Virus record (IMG/VR): IMGVR_UViG_3300022927_000014
Reading direction: 5' to 3' (one strand)
Origin: an uncultured virus (IMG/VR IMGVR_UViG_3300022927_000014)
Taxonomy: Duplodnaviria; Heunggongvirae; Uroviricota; Caudoviricetes
DNA length: 64,000 nt
Of this stretch, positions 40,162-48,970 are shown in pieces; positions within the stretch are counted from its first letter, which is position 1, and every line of letters begins with the position of its first letter. The notes below the pieces were generated by a model. The model ran no database searches. It saw only the letters and a list, made by a program, of their open reading frames with translations, and was not told the origin of the DNA. Made by a program: the position numbers and the translations under genes.

Positions 40162-41010
40162 ATGAATAAAATATCAACACAAGAAATTAGAAAGCTTGAA
40201 ATTAGGATAGCAAGGTTAGAGAAGGAGTCCAAGATTCTTGATTGGTTGAAGTCTATCCCTATAAACCTACTCTCTAAGATTCAAGACTCCTTTGGAGAAA
40301 TTTCTTCTCTTTTAAAGCTTACCTTAAAAAAGAATAAGGAAAGTATCTTAGAGGGCTTAGTTAAGTTCTTAGAAGTTAGAGTCAGCAGTGCATTAGATAA
40401 ATCTCTTATGTCTGGATACCCTATTAGGTTTTATATCACTAATTTTGACCCAAACAATCCTATGAACTCTGAAGCCCAGCTTATGGTTAAAGAAGTAGGT
40501 GGTGAGTTAAAATCTTATGAAGCTACTATCCGAGATATGCCATCAATGCTTAAAGATGTTGAGGGTCTACCCCCTAGCATAGATAAAGATATTAAAGGTG
40601 CATATATTTCATGGTGGAAAGACTTTGAAGAAGAACTAAAAATGCTTCGTGAAGGAAGGATGAGTAGGTCTACGGATTTGAAATCTTTCTGGAACAGAAT
40701 CAAAGGTGCAAGTAAGTTTCTTTACAGGTTCTTGAGAGTTGTCTACAGCTTTAAATGGGCTTATGAAGTGTTCTCTTTAGTTGTGATGTTTACAACCCTA
40801 ATGCCTTTGGCAGAAGTTGCACCAGAAAGAGGGAAGACCCTCACTTATCTAGGTGTTGGTAAGATGATCTTAAACATATTTGAAAAGGTTCTTCGCAGAA
40901 GAAAAGTAAATATGGATCTCTTTGATGAGCTTGCAGCTAAAAAAGCATCTTCTCACCCTTACCCATATTGTAATAGCTTAGTCTCTCATTACGAAAGGGT
41001 TTGCAAGTGA
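40162..41010 (+). CDS. Leader-bearing membrane protein (paralog of 41689..42567)
   Basis: Leader MNKISTQEIRKLEIRIARLEKES; DIKGAYISWWKDF and RRRKVNMD shared with 41689; hydrophobic segment. Confidence 0.75.
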   Translation: MNKISTQEIRKLEIRIARLEKESKILDWLKSIPINLLSKIQDSFGEISSLLKLTLKKNKESILEGLVKFLEVRVSSALDKSLMSGYPIRFYITNFDPNNPMNSEAQLMVKEVGGELKSYEATIRDMPSMLKDVEGLPPSIDKDIKGAYISWWKDFEEELKMLREGRMSRSTDLKSFWNRIKGASKFLYRFLRVVYSFKWAYEVFSLVVMFTTLMPLAEVAPERGKTLTYLGVGKMILNIFEKVLRRRKVNMDLFDELAAKKASSHPYPYCNSLVSHYERVCK

Positions 41011-41636
41011 GGCAACTAACAGCATCACAGAAAATCGCTATCCTTGAGAACAGAGTAGCTCAACTTGAAAAACAAGCAATGCTTGAAAGCATCTTAGCTA
41101 AGATAAAAAGCAAGTTGTCCCGATTCAAGCCCCTTAAGGTAGCTCAACATGTGGCCAAAGACTCTAAAATGACAGTGGGGAAGTTTGAAGCCTTAGCAAA
41201 AGCGAATCCAAAGGAACTTAAAGAGTTAAAGAAAGCTGTGAGGTCTTCTAATCCTCAAACCTCTATTTTAAAGCTATTAGACATTTACAATAATAAAGAA
41301 AATGCAATCTATTTGAAAAGTGTATATGGGATAGATCTTGAGTCTCAAGAAAGAACAAAGAATGCAAGGAAGCTAGTTCAGCTCAACAGTCTGCCTGACT
41401 TTGCTCTCTATTTTGGTAGTATCATAGCCTTTTTTATTTGTGATTTCGTTGTTGAGCTTTTATTTGACTATCTCCTTGAACTGATAGCTGAAGATCTCGA
41501 GAAATCAGACAATGTATTCAGGAAACTTAAACGTGCTTGCCTCTACTTGATCTTAGCACCTACTATGGGATTACACATACTACTTTCTGGGATCAAAGAA
41601 GGGCTGAAAGCAATGAACCCTTTTGCGTTTTTTTAA
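41007..41636 (+). CDS. Leader-bearing protein with C-terminal hydrophobic helices
   Basis: GTG at 41007 overlaps the upstream TGA (GTGA) and gives a leader identical to that of 41689; hydrophobic FALYFGSIIAFFICDFVV and CLYLILAPTMGLHILL. Confidence 0.75.
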   Translation: MRQLTASQKIAILENRVAQLEKQAMLESILAKIKSKLSRFKPLKVAQHVAKDSKMTVGKFEALAKANPKELKELKKAVRSSNPQTSILKLLDIYNNKENAIYLKSVYGIDLESQERTKNARKLVQLNSLPDFALYFGSIIAFFICDFVVELLFDYLLELIAEDLEKSDNVFRKLKRACLYLILAPTMGLHILLSGIKEGLKAMNPFAFF

Positions 41637-41650
41637 TAACTGTTTTATAG
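41634..41650 (+). promoter_or_regulatory. Putative late promoter motif
   Basis: TAATAACTGTTTTATAG about 39 nt upstream of 41689. Confidence 0.5.
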
Positions 41651-41688
41651 TCCACACCACTTTAGACAAATCGAAGAAAGAATAAACC

Positions 41689-42567
41689 ATGAGACAACTA
41701 ACAGCATCACAAAAAATCGCTATTCTTGAGAACAGAGTGGCTCAACTTGAAAAGCAAGCAATCATTCAAATGATTAAGAATCTGGGAATGAACTGGTTTA
41801 AACCTCTAATTGCAGCAGCTCAAGACCTTGTGTCCACTTTCAAGGGGTCAATTATAAGTAATAGAGATACTTTTGCTTCTGCTGCTGAAATGAACTTACA
41901 GGCGAGACTGACCGAAGCTCTCCAAAGAAATATGTTTTTTGGGAAAACCACATCAATAAGTGTTGAAAAATTTGATGCTAAAAACCCAGTAAACTCTGTT
42001 TTGAAAGTCTCCTATTCTGTAAATGGAGAACCCAGGTTTCTTGATTTCACTCTGAGTTCTGTACAGAAAATTAGAGAGATTGACAGTAAAACCCAAAAAG
42101 ACATTATGGGAGCATATGTTTCATGGTGGAAAGATTGGGGTGATTCTCTGGATATTGTAATCAATGGCAAATCTCCATCAAAAAGTATGGTTCAGAGCGT
42201 AATTGATTTTTTCTCTAGGAAGTTTAAGTTCCTTGGGAGATTGCTTTCTGCACTAGTTAAATTTGGAACAAAAATAAGAACCCTAACCCTGATCCCTACT
42301 TTAGTAGCATCTTTAATAGTTTGCCTTTGTGGACCTCTCGGCCTAGTTGTTGGTAGTACTGTAGCTATGAACCAAATTGGGTTAATGACACTACCAAAAG
42401 TTGTAGACATGATTCTTAAGATGATTGAGGGTGCTTTCAGAAGAAGAAAAGTAAACATTGATAAGTTCAATGAAATAATTGGCAAACAAGCATCTGTGAA
42501 TAAGTATGCAAGTAAATACCCACACACATATTCTATGTTATTAAGACTTGAGGGTGCTGGAGTCTAA
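41689..42567 (+). CDS. Leader-bearing membrane protein (paralog of 40162..41010)
   Basis: Leader MRQLTASQKIAILENRVAQLEKQA; DIMGAYVSWWKDW; hydrophobic hairpin; KQAS/KYAS tail. Confidence 0.75.
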   Translation: MRQLTASQKIAILENRVAQLEKQAIIQMIKNLGMNWFKPLIAAAQDLVSTFKGSIISNRDTFASAAEMNLQARLTEALQRNMFFGKTTSISVEKFDAKNPVNSVLKVSYSVNGEPRFLDFTLSSVQKIREIDSKTQKDIMGAYVSWWKDWGDSLDIVINGKSPSKSMVQSVIDFFSRKFKFLGRLLSALVKFGTKIRTLTLIPTLVASLIVCLCGPLGLVVGSTVAMNQIGLMTLPKVVDMILKMIEGAFRRRKVNIDKFNEIIGKQASVNKYASKYPHTYSMLLRLEGAGV

Positions 42568-42568
42568 T

Positions 42569-43195
42569 ATGAACCAGAGAGACATAAAGAATATCAGAGA
42601 AGATCTTGATCGAATTGAAAGTAAATACCAAGTCTTAGGGAGTGCTATGAACAACCCTAAGTACAGTTGGAACTTCTATTCAATTGAAGATCTTAAAGAC
42701 ATCCTTAAAGAGGTTGATTCTTTCCATAAAGCAGATCTTCAAAAAGCACAGTCTTGGGCTAATATAGAGCTTAATAGAATATCTACTCCAGGTAGCTTTG
42801 GGATTGATCAACTTAACTTTGGATGGCATGACCTTATTTACAAAACAAATAAGGTTTTGATGATCAAAGAATATCTCCCTGAACTTATTAAAAAAAGAGA
42901 GCGAGATAGAGATGAAGTTCTTGAGGACATCAAAGATGTAAGAGAGCTTGTTGCTAAATCATACGAAAGCGACAGTGATCCTTTGGTTAGATTAAGTCTT
43001 GAAAGACTCACTAAGAAGATAACAAGACTCAAACCAGTATTTAAAGATGTCACTGAAGAAATGAGCGAGTTAAAAAGAGACTTAGAGAGGGCTCAAGAGT
43101 TCCTACCTAAAGTTAAAAATAAGCTTAGAAAGTGGTTTAGGTTAGCAGACCAACAAGCTAGTATAAGAGTGGCTAGTAGACACCTCAAAAAATAA
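42569..43195 (+). CDS. Helical hypothetical protein with a C-terminal QASIRVASR tail
   Basis: Start at ATG 42569 behind GGAG; coiled-coil composition. Confidence 0.65.
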   Translation: MNQRDIKNIREDLDRIESKYQVLGSAMNNPKYSWNFYSIEDLKDILKEVDSFHKADLQKAQSWANIELNRISTPGSFGIDQLNFGWHDLIYKTNKVLMIKEYLPELIKKRERDRDEVLEDIKDVRELVAKSYESDSDPLVRLSLERLTKKITRLKPVFKDVTEEMSELKRDLERAQEFLPKVKNKLRKWFRLADQQASIRVASRHLKK

Positions 43196-43260
43196 CACTC
43201 TTTGCTTGCCTCTTATCTTATAATAGAAAGTAACTATTAAGATTTGAGACAAGGAGAGAT

Positions 43261-45861
43261 ATGTTTAATGATATGCTTGCAGAGCTACTCAGACCTACAA
43301 TCAACCCAAAAGGTTGGATGAAGGACTGTGAGCTACTACTAGGAACTGAAAGTAATCTTGAAGAATGTATTCAAGAATGTATGAATGCACCTGATGGTGT
43401 GTATGGCTTAGACCTTGAAACAACAGGGTTAGACAATCGTGTATTTAATGGTGTCACCAGAGACAAGATTGTGGGTGTCTGTCTTGCCCCTCATAAAGAT
43501 AAAGGCTACTACTTCCCTCTTGCCCATGCGGAGGGGTCAAAACACAATATCTCATGGAGAGTTATGGGGGATGCCCTCAAGCGTTTGTTTGATCTTGAAG
43601 TAAAGTCAGACCCTGTGTTCCATAATGCTTCTTTTGACCAAGAGTTTCTTGAGTTCAATGGGTATGTAGACAGGCTAGGCAAAGAGAGATGGGACAATCA
43701 AAAGAGGTGGCATGATACGCTTATTATCAAGTATCTTCTCAACCCAAGAGAAAAGGGTGGTCGTGGTTTAAAGCATCTTTCTAAAGTATTGCTTGAAAGA
43801 GAGATGATTGAGCTTGAAGACCTAATGCCAGATGCTGTGGATAAAAACTATTCTACTTTAGACCCTAGCTGGGATCCCTGTGTTTTATATGCATCAGCAG
43901 ATGCCATGAACACAGTTGGAATCTTCAACATTCTGAACAAAGAGTATGAAGAAGATACAGCTCACACTAAGTTCATCTACAACCTTGAGAAGAAAACTTT
44001 GTTATGTACTCGTTGGATGATGAGGAATAGGGTTCATGTAGACAGGAAAACAGCACTCAAGTTTTGTCAAGAGGGTCAAGAGCTTTGGTTCAATGCATTG
44101 CTTGAAGTATATGAGGGTGCTAAAGACATACTTGGTCGAGACATTACTCCAAACTATGTTCGTATCTTAAAAGGTGACATTAAAGGTCTGAATCTTTTCA
44201 ACCACATGGAAGTAGAGGGTGCAAGCTATAAGACTCGAGTGGATGAAGCTCGTAAGGAAGCAAACAGACTACACCCAGACACAAAAGAAACTATCACTAA
44301 GCCTGTTAAGAGGTTAAGTAGCGATAAGTTTAAAAAGGCAGAAGGCTTTGAAGATGTAGACTTCCCTTTAACCTATGATATTCTTTCACCTCAACAGTTA
44401 GGTCTGTTGTTTAGAGAGTTAGATGTTCCAGGTCTGATGGTCACGGAGAAGTCTGGTCAAGTAGCGACAGGGAAAGATGCTATTGATTCTGTGATTGAGG
44501 AAGCCTCTGAGGGATTCCCATTCATGGCAAAGATTAAAACCTTCCGAGAGCTTGGTAAAGCATTGGGTCAGTACCTTATTCCATTCGTAGAAGATGTAGG
44601 TCCAGATGGCACACTCAAACCTAAGTTTGATCAGTTTTCTGCTGACACAGGTCGCTTTTCTTGCAAGACAAACAGTAGACCTTGGAAAGTCAAAGATGGT
44701 GGTTGTCGTGTACCATTTCAAGGTATTCCAGCCACCTATGACAAGAACAAGCCTAAATGCATATCTAAAATGAGACAGTGTATCTCTGTAAGGGATGACA
44801 ACTATTGGTTAGCGGCCATTGACTATGCAGGTGTGGAATTAAGGTTGGTGACTAACCTATCTAAAGAGCCTAAGTGGATTGATGCTTTCTTCTCTTGTTC
44901 TGAATGTGGAAAGAAATATCAGCAAGAGCTTGGTGACGATGGCTTTGTTATTGCACCACCAAGTCTTTGTTCATGTGGTTCAGATAAGATTGGTGATCTT
45001 CACACAGGTACTGCTGTTGCTTTCTATGGAGAGGGTTCAAAGAAGCAAGACAATTGGAAAGTCCTTCGTGGTAATGGTAAGGCTTGTAATTTTGCCCTTT
45101 GTTATGGTGGTACAGGCAAGGCTGTTCAAAGGTCTATTGGCTGTGACGCTAAAGAGGGTGATGAAAAGTACAGAGTCTTTACCAAGACTTACTCTGGACT
45201 TACAGGTTGGTGGTCTCAACAACATAAGTTTGCTCGAAAGGCAGGTTATGTGAAAACTGCTATGGGCAGAGTACAGCCTTTACCAGACATCAACTCTGAT
45301 CAGTTTAGGTTTAAGAGTAAAGATGAACGAAAGGCATTGAACGGACCGATTCAAGGAACAAGTGCAGATGTTACCAAGTTAGCTATGGCTCTCATTTATG
45401 AGAATGTCCAAAAGCGAGGTTGGGAAGATAAGCTGTTAATGGTTTTAACAGTCCATGACGAAATTGTATTTGAGATCCACAAAGACATTCTTAAAGAGGC
45501 TATTGAAATGATTTCAGACCTTATGACTAAGAACAATGTGGTTCAAAAAATGAATTGGCCTATTCCATTACTTGTAGACGTTGAGTTAGGTAAGGATTGG
45601 ACTGTTCCTTATGACTTGAAGGACATTATGCAAGCAGATGGAGACCCAGAGCTTGTTAAAATATTTGAGGGAGAGAAGCCTGAAGAGGTTGTCGAGACAG
45701 TAGAAGCTGTGGAAGTACCTACTATTTTAACATTTGAGGTATTGAGCCTTGATGAAGAAACAGCAGATAAAATTGCTGAGTGGATTAAAGAAAGAAAACT
45801 ACTCAATGATGAGTGGGATGTGTCCTACGAGGGCAGATCAGTAAAAGTATTATTTGAATAA
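43261..45861 (+). CDS. polA: Family A DNA polymerase with a 3'-5' exonuclease domain
   Basis: ExoI DLETTGL, ExoII HNASFD, ExoIII YASAD; DTGRFS; motif A DYAGVELR; motif B KACNFALCYG; NGPIQGTSAD; motif C VHDE. Confidence 0.95.
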   Translation: MFNDMLAELLRPTINPKGWMKDCELLLGTESNLEECIQECMNAPDGVYGLDLETTGLDNRVFNGVTRDKIVGVCLAPHKDKGYYFPLAHAEGSKHNISWRVMGDALKRLFDLEVKSDPVFHNASFDQEFLEFNGYVDRLGKERWDNQKRWHDTLIIKYLLNPREKGGRGLKHLSKVLLEREMIELEDLMPDAVDKNYSTLDPSWDPCVLYASADAMNTVGIFNILNKEYEEDTAHTKFIYNLEKKTLLCTRWMMRNRVHVDRKTALKFCQEGQELWFNALLEVYEGAKDILGRDITPNYVRILKGDIKGLNLFNHMEVEGASYKTRVDEARKEANRLHPDTKETITKPVKRLSSDKFKKAEGFEDVDFPLTYDILSPQQLGLLFRELDVPGLMVTEKSGQVATGKDAIDSVIEEASEGFPFMAKIKTFRELGKALGQYLIPFVEDVGPDGTLKPKFDQFSADTGRFSCKTNSRPWKVKDGGCRVPFQGIPATYDKNKPKCISKMRQCISVRDDNYWLAAIDYAGVELRLVTNLSKEPKWIDAFFSCSECGKKYQQELGDDGFVIAPPSLCSCGSDKIGDLHTGTAVAFYGEGSKKQDNWKVLRGNGKACNFALCYGGTGKAVQRSIGCDAKEGDEKYRVFTKTYSGLTGWWSQQHKFARKAGYVKTAMGRVQPLPDINSDQFRFKSKDERKALNGPIQGTSADVTKLAMALIYENVQKRGWEDKLLMVLTVHDEIVFEIHKDILKEAIEMISDLMTKNNVVQKMNWPIPLLVDVELGKDWTVPYDLKDIMQADGDPELVKIFEGEKPEEVVETVEAVEVPTILTFEVLSLDEETADKIAEWIKERKLLNDEWDVSYEGRSVKVLFE

Positions 45862-45871
45862 GGAGGGACAA

Positions 45872-46645
45872 ATGAAAGTTGAATTAGATGGTGGAAATAT
45901 CACACTTTATCATGGAGACTGCACCGAAGTATTGAAGTCCCTATCTCCAAACAGCGTAGAGGTTGCAGTTACATCACCTCCTTATAATCTTCACCTTGAG
46001 GGTGCTGAATACTCCAAATCTAAAACCGCTATGGCATGGAATAAGAAGTATGAAGATTGGTATGATGACAATATGTCAGAGTGGATGTATCAAGGGTGGC
46101 AACAAAGCGTAGTGCATGAACTGGTGAGAGTTTGTAGAAGTAGCGTATTCTACAACCACAAGATCAGATATGCATACCATCCTCGCAACAAAGAAAGAAA
46201 CCTTACAAACATATACCACCCTATGGATTGGCTGAACAAGTTTCCTATCTGGTGCGAAATCATCTGGGATAGGTGTGGTATAGGTCACCCCTGTGGTCGG
46301 TATCACATCCAGACCGAAAAGATCTATCAGATAGGCAAACCTTGTAAATGGGATAACAAAGATGGTCTGACCAACATTTGGAAGATCCCTCCATCAAAGA
46401 ATAAAGGTCATGTGTGTACCTTCCCAGAAAAGCTGGTGGACAACTGCATATTACCTACGACAGAAAAAGGTGACATAGTGATAGATCCTTTTCTGGGGTC
46501 TGGTACTACTGGGGTAGTCGCTGTTCAAAGAGGTCGTAAATTCATCGGGATAGAGAAAAATGAAAAGTTTTTTGAATTAGCTCTAAAAAACATAGAGGAC
46601 GAGATTAAGAAAAGAGATTCATCTCTGTTCTTCTATGAGGGCTAA
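45872..46645 (+). CDS. Beta-class DNA methyltransferase (third copy, divergent)
   Basis: LYHGDC, VTSPPY, HVCTFP, DPFLGSGTT; start at ATG 45872 behind GGAGG. Confidence 0.92.
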   Translation: MKVELDGGNITLYHGDCTEVLKSLSPNSVEVAVTSPPYNLHLEGAEYSKSKTAMAWNKKYEDWYDDNMSEWMYQGWQQSVVHELVRVCRSSVFYNHKIRYAYHPRNKERNLTNIYHPMDWLNKFPIWCEIIWDRCGIGHPCGRYHIQTEKIYQIGKPCKWDNKDGLTNIWKIPPSKNKGHVCTFPEKLVDNCILPTTEKGDIVIDPFLGSGTTGVVAVQRGRKFIGIEKNEKFFELALKNIEDEIKKRDSSLFFYEG

Positions 46646-46695
46646 TAAAGAAAGAAGTTATCTAAAAAAGAATAAAATTTAAGGAGGAAAGTATT

Positions 46696-46953
46696 ATGGG
46701 TAGAGGTGGTAGAAATAAAACCCCAGCAGAGAGGGCTTTAGAAGTAATTTGTACTATGGCAGGGATTCCTTTTTCAGAGTTCGAGCAACTCTTGAAAAAG
46801 TCACAGGGAGACAGAGCCAGAGAAAGGGATTTCCCAGAGTCATCTTATGAGATGGTGAGGAAATCTTATTTTAATAACTCTTCTATATCGAAAGATGAGT
46901 GGAGAAAGCTATTTCAGCACTGTAAAGAACCTAAAAGCAACTTTGGAAAATAG
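46696..46953 (+). CDS. Hypothetical protein
   Basis: 85 aa; strong RBS AAGGAGG. Confidence 0.6.
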   Translation: MGRGGRNKTPAERALEVICTMAGIPFSEFEQLLKKSQGDRARERDFPESSYEMVRKSYFNNSSISKDEWRKLFQHCKEPKSNFGK

Positions 46954-46955
46954 AC

Positions 46956-47264
46956 ATGACAGATAGTTTTAAAGATGAGATAGAACTTCATGCGGAAGAA
47001 AATGGGCTTTCATACCATGATGCAATCTTGGATTTGGTAGCTAAAGAAAACATGATGAGTAAAGACAGAGTAATTGCTGTGGGTTTCAGCACTCATAAAG
47101 CAATGTCTCACCTGATATACAATACATGGTCTGACTTTAGGTCTTTTTCTTTAGCTTTTAATAATCTCATTCTGGCTAAATATGTTAAGCCTGCAAGATA
47201 TAATAGGACTATTAGTCAAAGTTCAATGAGAAGTCTTTACATGAACGCTAAAAGAGCAAATTAA
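46956..47264 (+). CDS. Hypothetical protein
   Basis: 102 aa, 2 nt after the upstream stop. Confidence 0.55.
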   Translation: MTDSFKDEIELHAEENGLSYHDAILDLVAKENMMSKDRVIAVGFSTHKAMSHLIYNTWSDFRSFSLAFNNLILAKYVKPARYNRTISQSSMRSLYMNAKRAN

Positions 47265-47905
47265 GTTCTCTCATACTTTATAATTTCATCTACAAGGCCA
47301 AGCTCAAGGCACTTCTCTGGGTTCATCCACAGATCCCTTTTAAGAAGTTCTTTGAGCTTTTTCTTTTTGAGCTTGGTGTGCTTCAAGTAGATAGACTCTA
47401 ACATTTCCATGAGTGAGTCCATAGATTCTTTCTCATCTACAAGATTCCCATAAGTACCCCAGACACCTGTACTTACTTGGTGAATAAGCATAAAGCTGTG
47501 TTCTGTGATGTGTCTTTGAGCACCAACACAAGACATGATAGTTGCAGCACTCGCAGCAGATCCTTCTACATAAGTGAAGACAGGAACTTCTGATTCTAGG
47601 ATATGACTAGCACCAGCAAGTCCTGAGAATGCACACCCACCACCAGAGTTTATGTGTAAGTGGATAGGTGGGATAGAGGGTAGGCTTAGGTCAGTCATAA
47701 GATTAACAATCTGTTGACCTACACTCCTGATAGCAATCCCAACTTCCATTACAGACTTTGGGGTGATGTCTGCATAGAGGTAAATGTGGTTATCAGAGAT
47801 AGTGATGTCACCTTGGTAATTACCCTCTTGAGAACCTGCATATACTTGTCCCTCTGAGTTTTCATAAACTCTGCGGTTTGTTGGTCTGTTTAGATACTTA
47901 TTCAT
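47261..47905 (-). CDS. clpP: ClpP-like serine protease
   Basis: LHINSGGG, AASAA (Ser), MLIHQ (His), DLWMNPEKCLELGLVDEI (Asp region); start 47905 behind GAGG. Confidence 0.88.
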   Translation of the reverse strand: MNKYLNRPTNRRVYENSEGQVYAGSQEGNYQGDITISDNHIYLYADITPKSVMEVGIAIRSVGQQIVNLMTDLSLPSIPPIHLHINSGGGCAFSGLAGASHILESEVPVFTYVEGSAASAATIMSCVGAQRHITEHSFMLIHQVSTGVWGTYGNLVDEKESMDSLMEMLESIYLKHTKLKKKKLKELLKRDLWMNPEKCLELGLVDEIIKYERT

Positions 47906-48324
47906 ACAGTCACCTCTCTTATGATGTGGTAACCTTCTAGCCAAGCAATGACTAAAGGTCTGAGTAATGGGTTTGTTATTGGGGAGAAGCAATCAGGCAT
48001 CTTTCTATTTCCCATTTGACACTTTTTCTTATCGAATGAGAGGCAGACGTTTTGCTCATCACAATCTTTAGGTACTTTTAGCATTTTTAAGCACCCATTT
48101 GGCTCTCTAAGCCCAGAGTTTAACAAAGGAGTACAATCACCCCTAGAGGCTCTGTCTATTGTCTCTATTTCGATTTCTGGAATCAATGAGGACATTTCAA
48201 GCTCCGAGATTTCATAGTATGCCCCCCAGTTGTTTTCTGTGGGTATAATTCTAGCAATCCGAACCTCACCCCATGTAGGATCAAAAAATCTGCTGAATAT
48301 AATGCCATCTCTTCTATAAGTCAT
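47902..48324 (-). CDS. Hypothetical Cys-containing protein
   Basis: 140 aa; stop overlaps the clpP start (ATGA). Confidence 0.6.
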   Translation of the reverse strand: MTYRRDGIIFSRFFDPTWGEVRIARIIPTENNWGAYYEISELEMSSLIPEIEIETIDRASRGDCTPLLNSGLREPNGCLKMLKVPKDCDEQNVCLSFDKKKCQMGNRKMPDCFSPITNPLLRPLVIAWLEGYHIIREVTV

Positions 48325-48373
48325 AGATGCAACCCCCTTATTTTAATTAACAGACAAGATTTAAGGATTATTA

Positions 48374-48970
48374 ATGTCAGAAATTGAGCCTCGTTTAGTT
48401 GTTTTAGAAGGAAGTGACCGAGTTTATGAGACTTTCGTTAAGCCATACCTTTCTAAGTTTAAGTCAGTTTCTTTAACAAATGAAGATGTTAAAAAACTAA
48501 AAGACAAGGTAGAAGCGATCAAGAAAGTAAAAGAAAAAGAATACTGGTTTGATTCAGGGTCTATGGAAAAGAGATGGATGACAGGTTGGGGTGGAGAACT
48601 TGCTGTTGAAAAGTATCTGGGCTTGAAAGTTGCAGACTTCACTATTGGCAAAGCATACAACTATGCTTACTCTGACTTAAAAGAAGCAGGGTATGATGTA
48701 GGTGTTAAAACCTGTAATGAGGGAGACTTCCCTTTATTAAAAAAGCCTAGTGTATCTAGTCAAATCAATACTGAGATCTTTGTGATGAAAAGAGATGATC
48801 TTAATTATTTGATTTGTGGTCTTGGTTCTCGAGAAGTTTTGAACAACCCAAAAAACTATTCTTCGCTTCTTGTAAGAAGCCCTTCTGTTAGACATAAAGC
48901 CTGCTTCTATAGGTTTGATCTATTGAAGCATGACTTTAGCCTTGAAGATCTTAGAGAGTATTGTTCTTAA
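48374..48970 (+). CDS. Putative PD-(D/E)xK-like nuclease
   Basis: GWGGELAV...SDL...DVGVKT resembles the E...D...xVK arrangement of restriction-like phage nucleases. Confidence 0.45.
   Translation: MSEIEPRLVVLEGSDRVYETFVKPYLSKFKSVSLTNEDVKKLKDKVEAIKKVKEKEYWFDSGSMEKRWMTGWGGELAVEKYLGLKVADFTIGKAYNYAYSDLKEAGYDVGVKTCNEGDFPLLKKPSVSSQINTEIFVMKRDDLNYLICGLGSREVLNNPKNYSSLLVRSPSVRHKACFYRFDLLKHDFSLEDLREYCS

Larger units (their letters stand above)
41007..41760 (+). repeat. Dispersed 72-bp direct repeat encoding the shared leader (41007-41078 and 41689-41760)
   Basis: 66/72 identical by manual alignment; the differences are GTG/ATG plus five synonymous third positions. Confidence 0.9.

Noticed and set aside
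43261..45861. Intein or intron in the DNA polymerase
   Set aside because: The ORF is continuous; I saw no intein C/S...HN-[CST] boundaries or homing endonuclease motifs, and the insertions are short
45872..48970. Complete restriction-modification system (third MTase plus putative nuclease)
   Set aside because: The genes are separated by four others, including an oppositely oriented pair, and the nuclease call is weak
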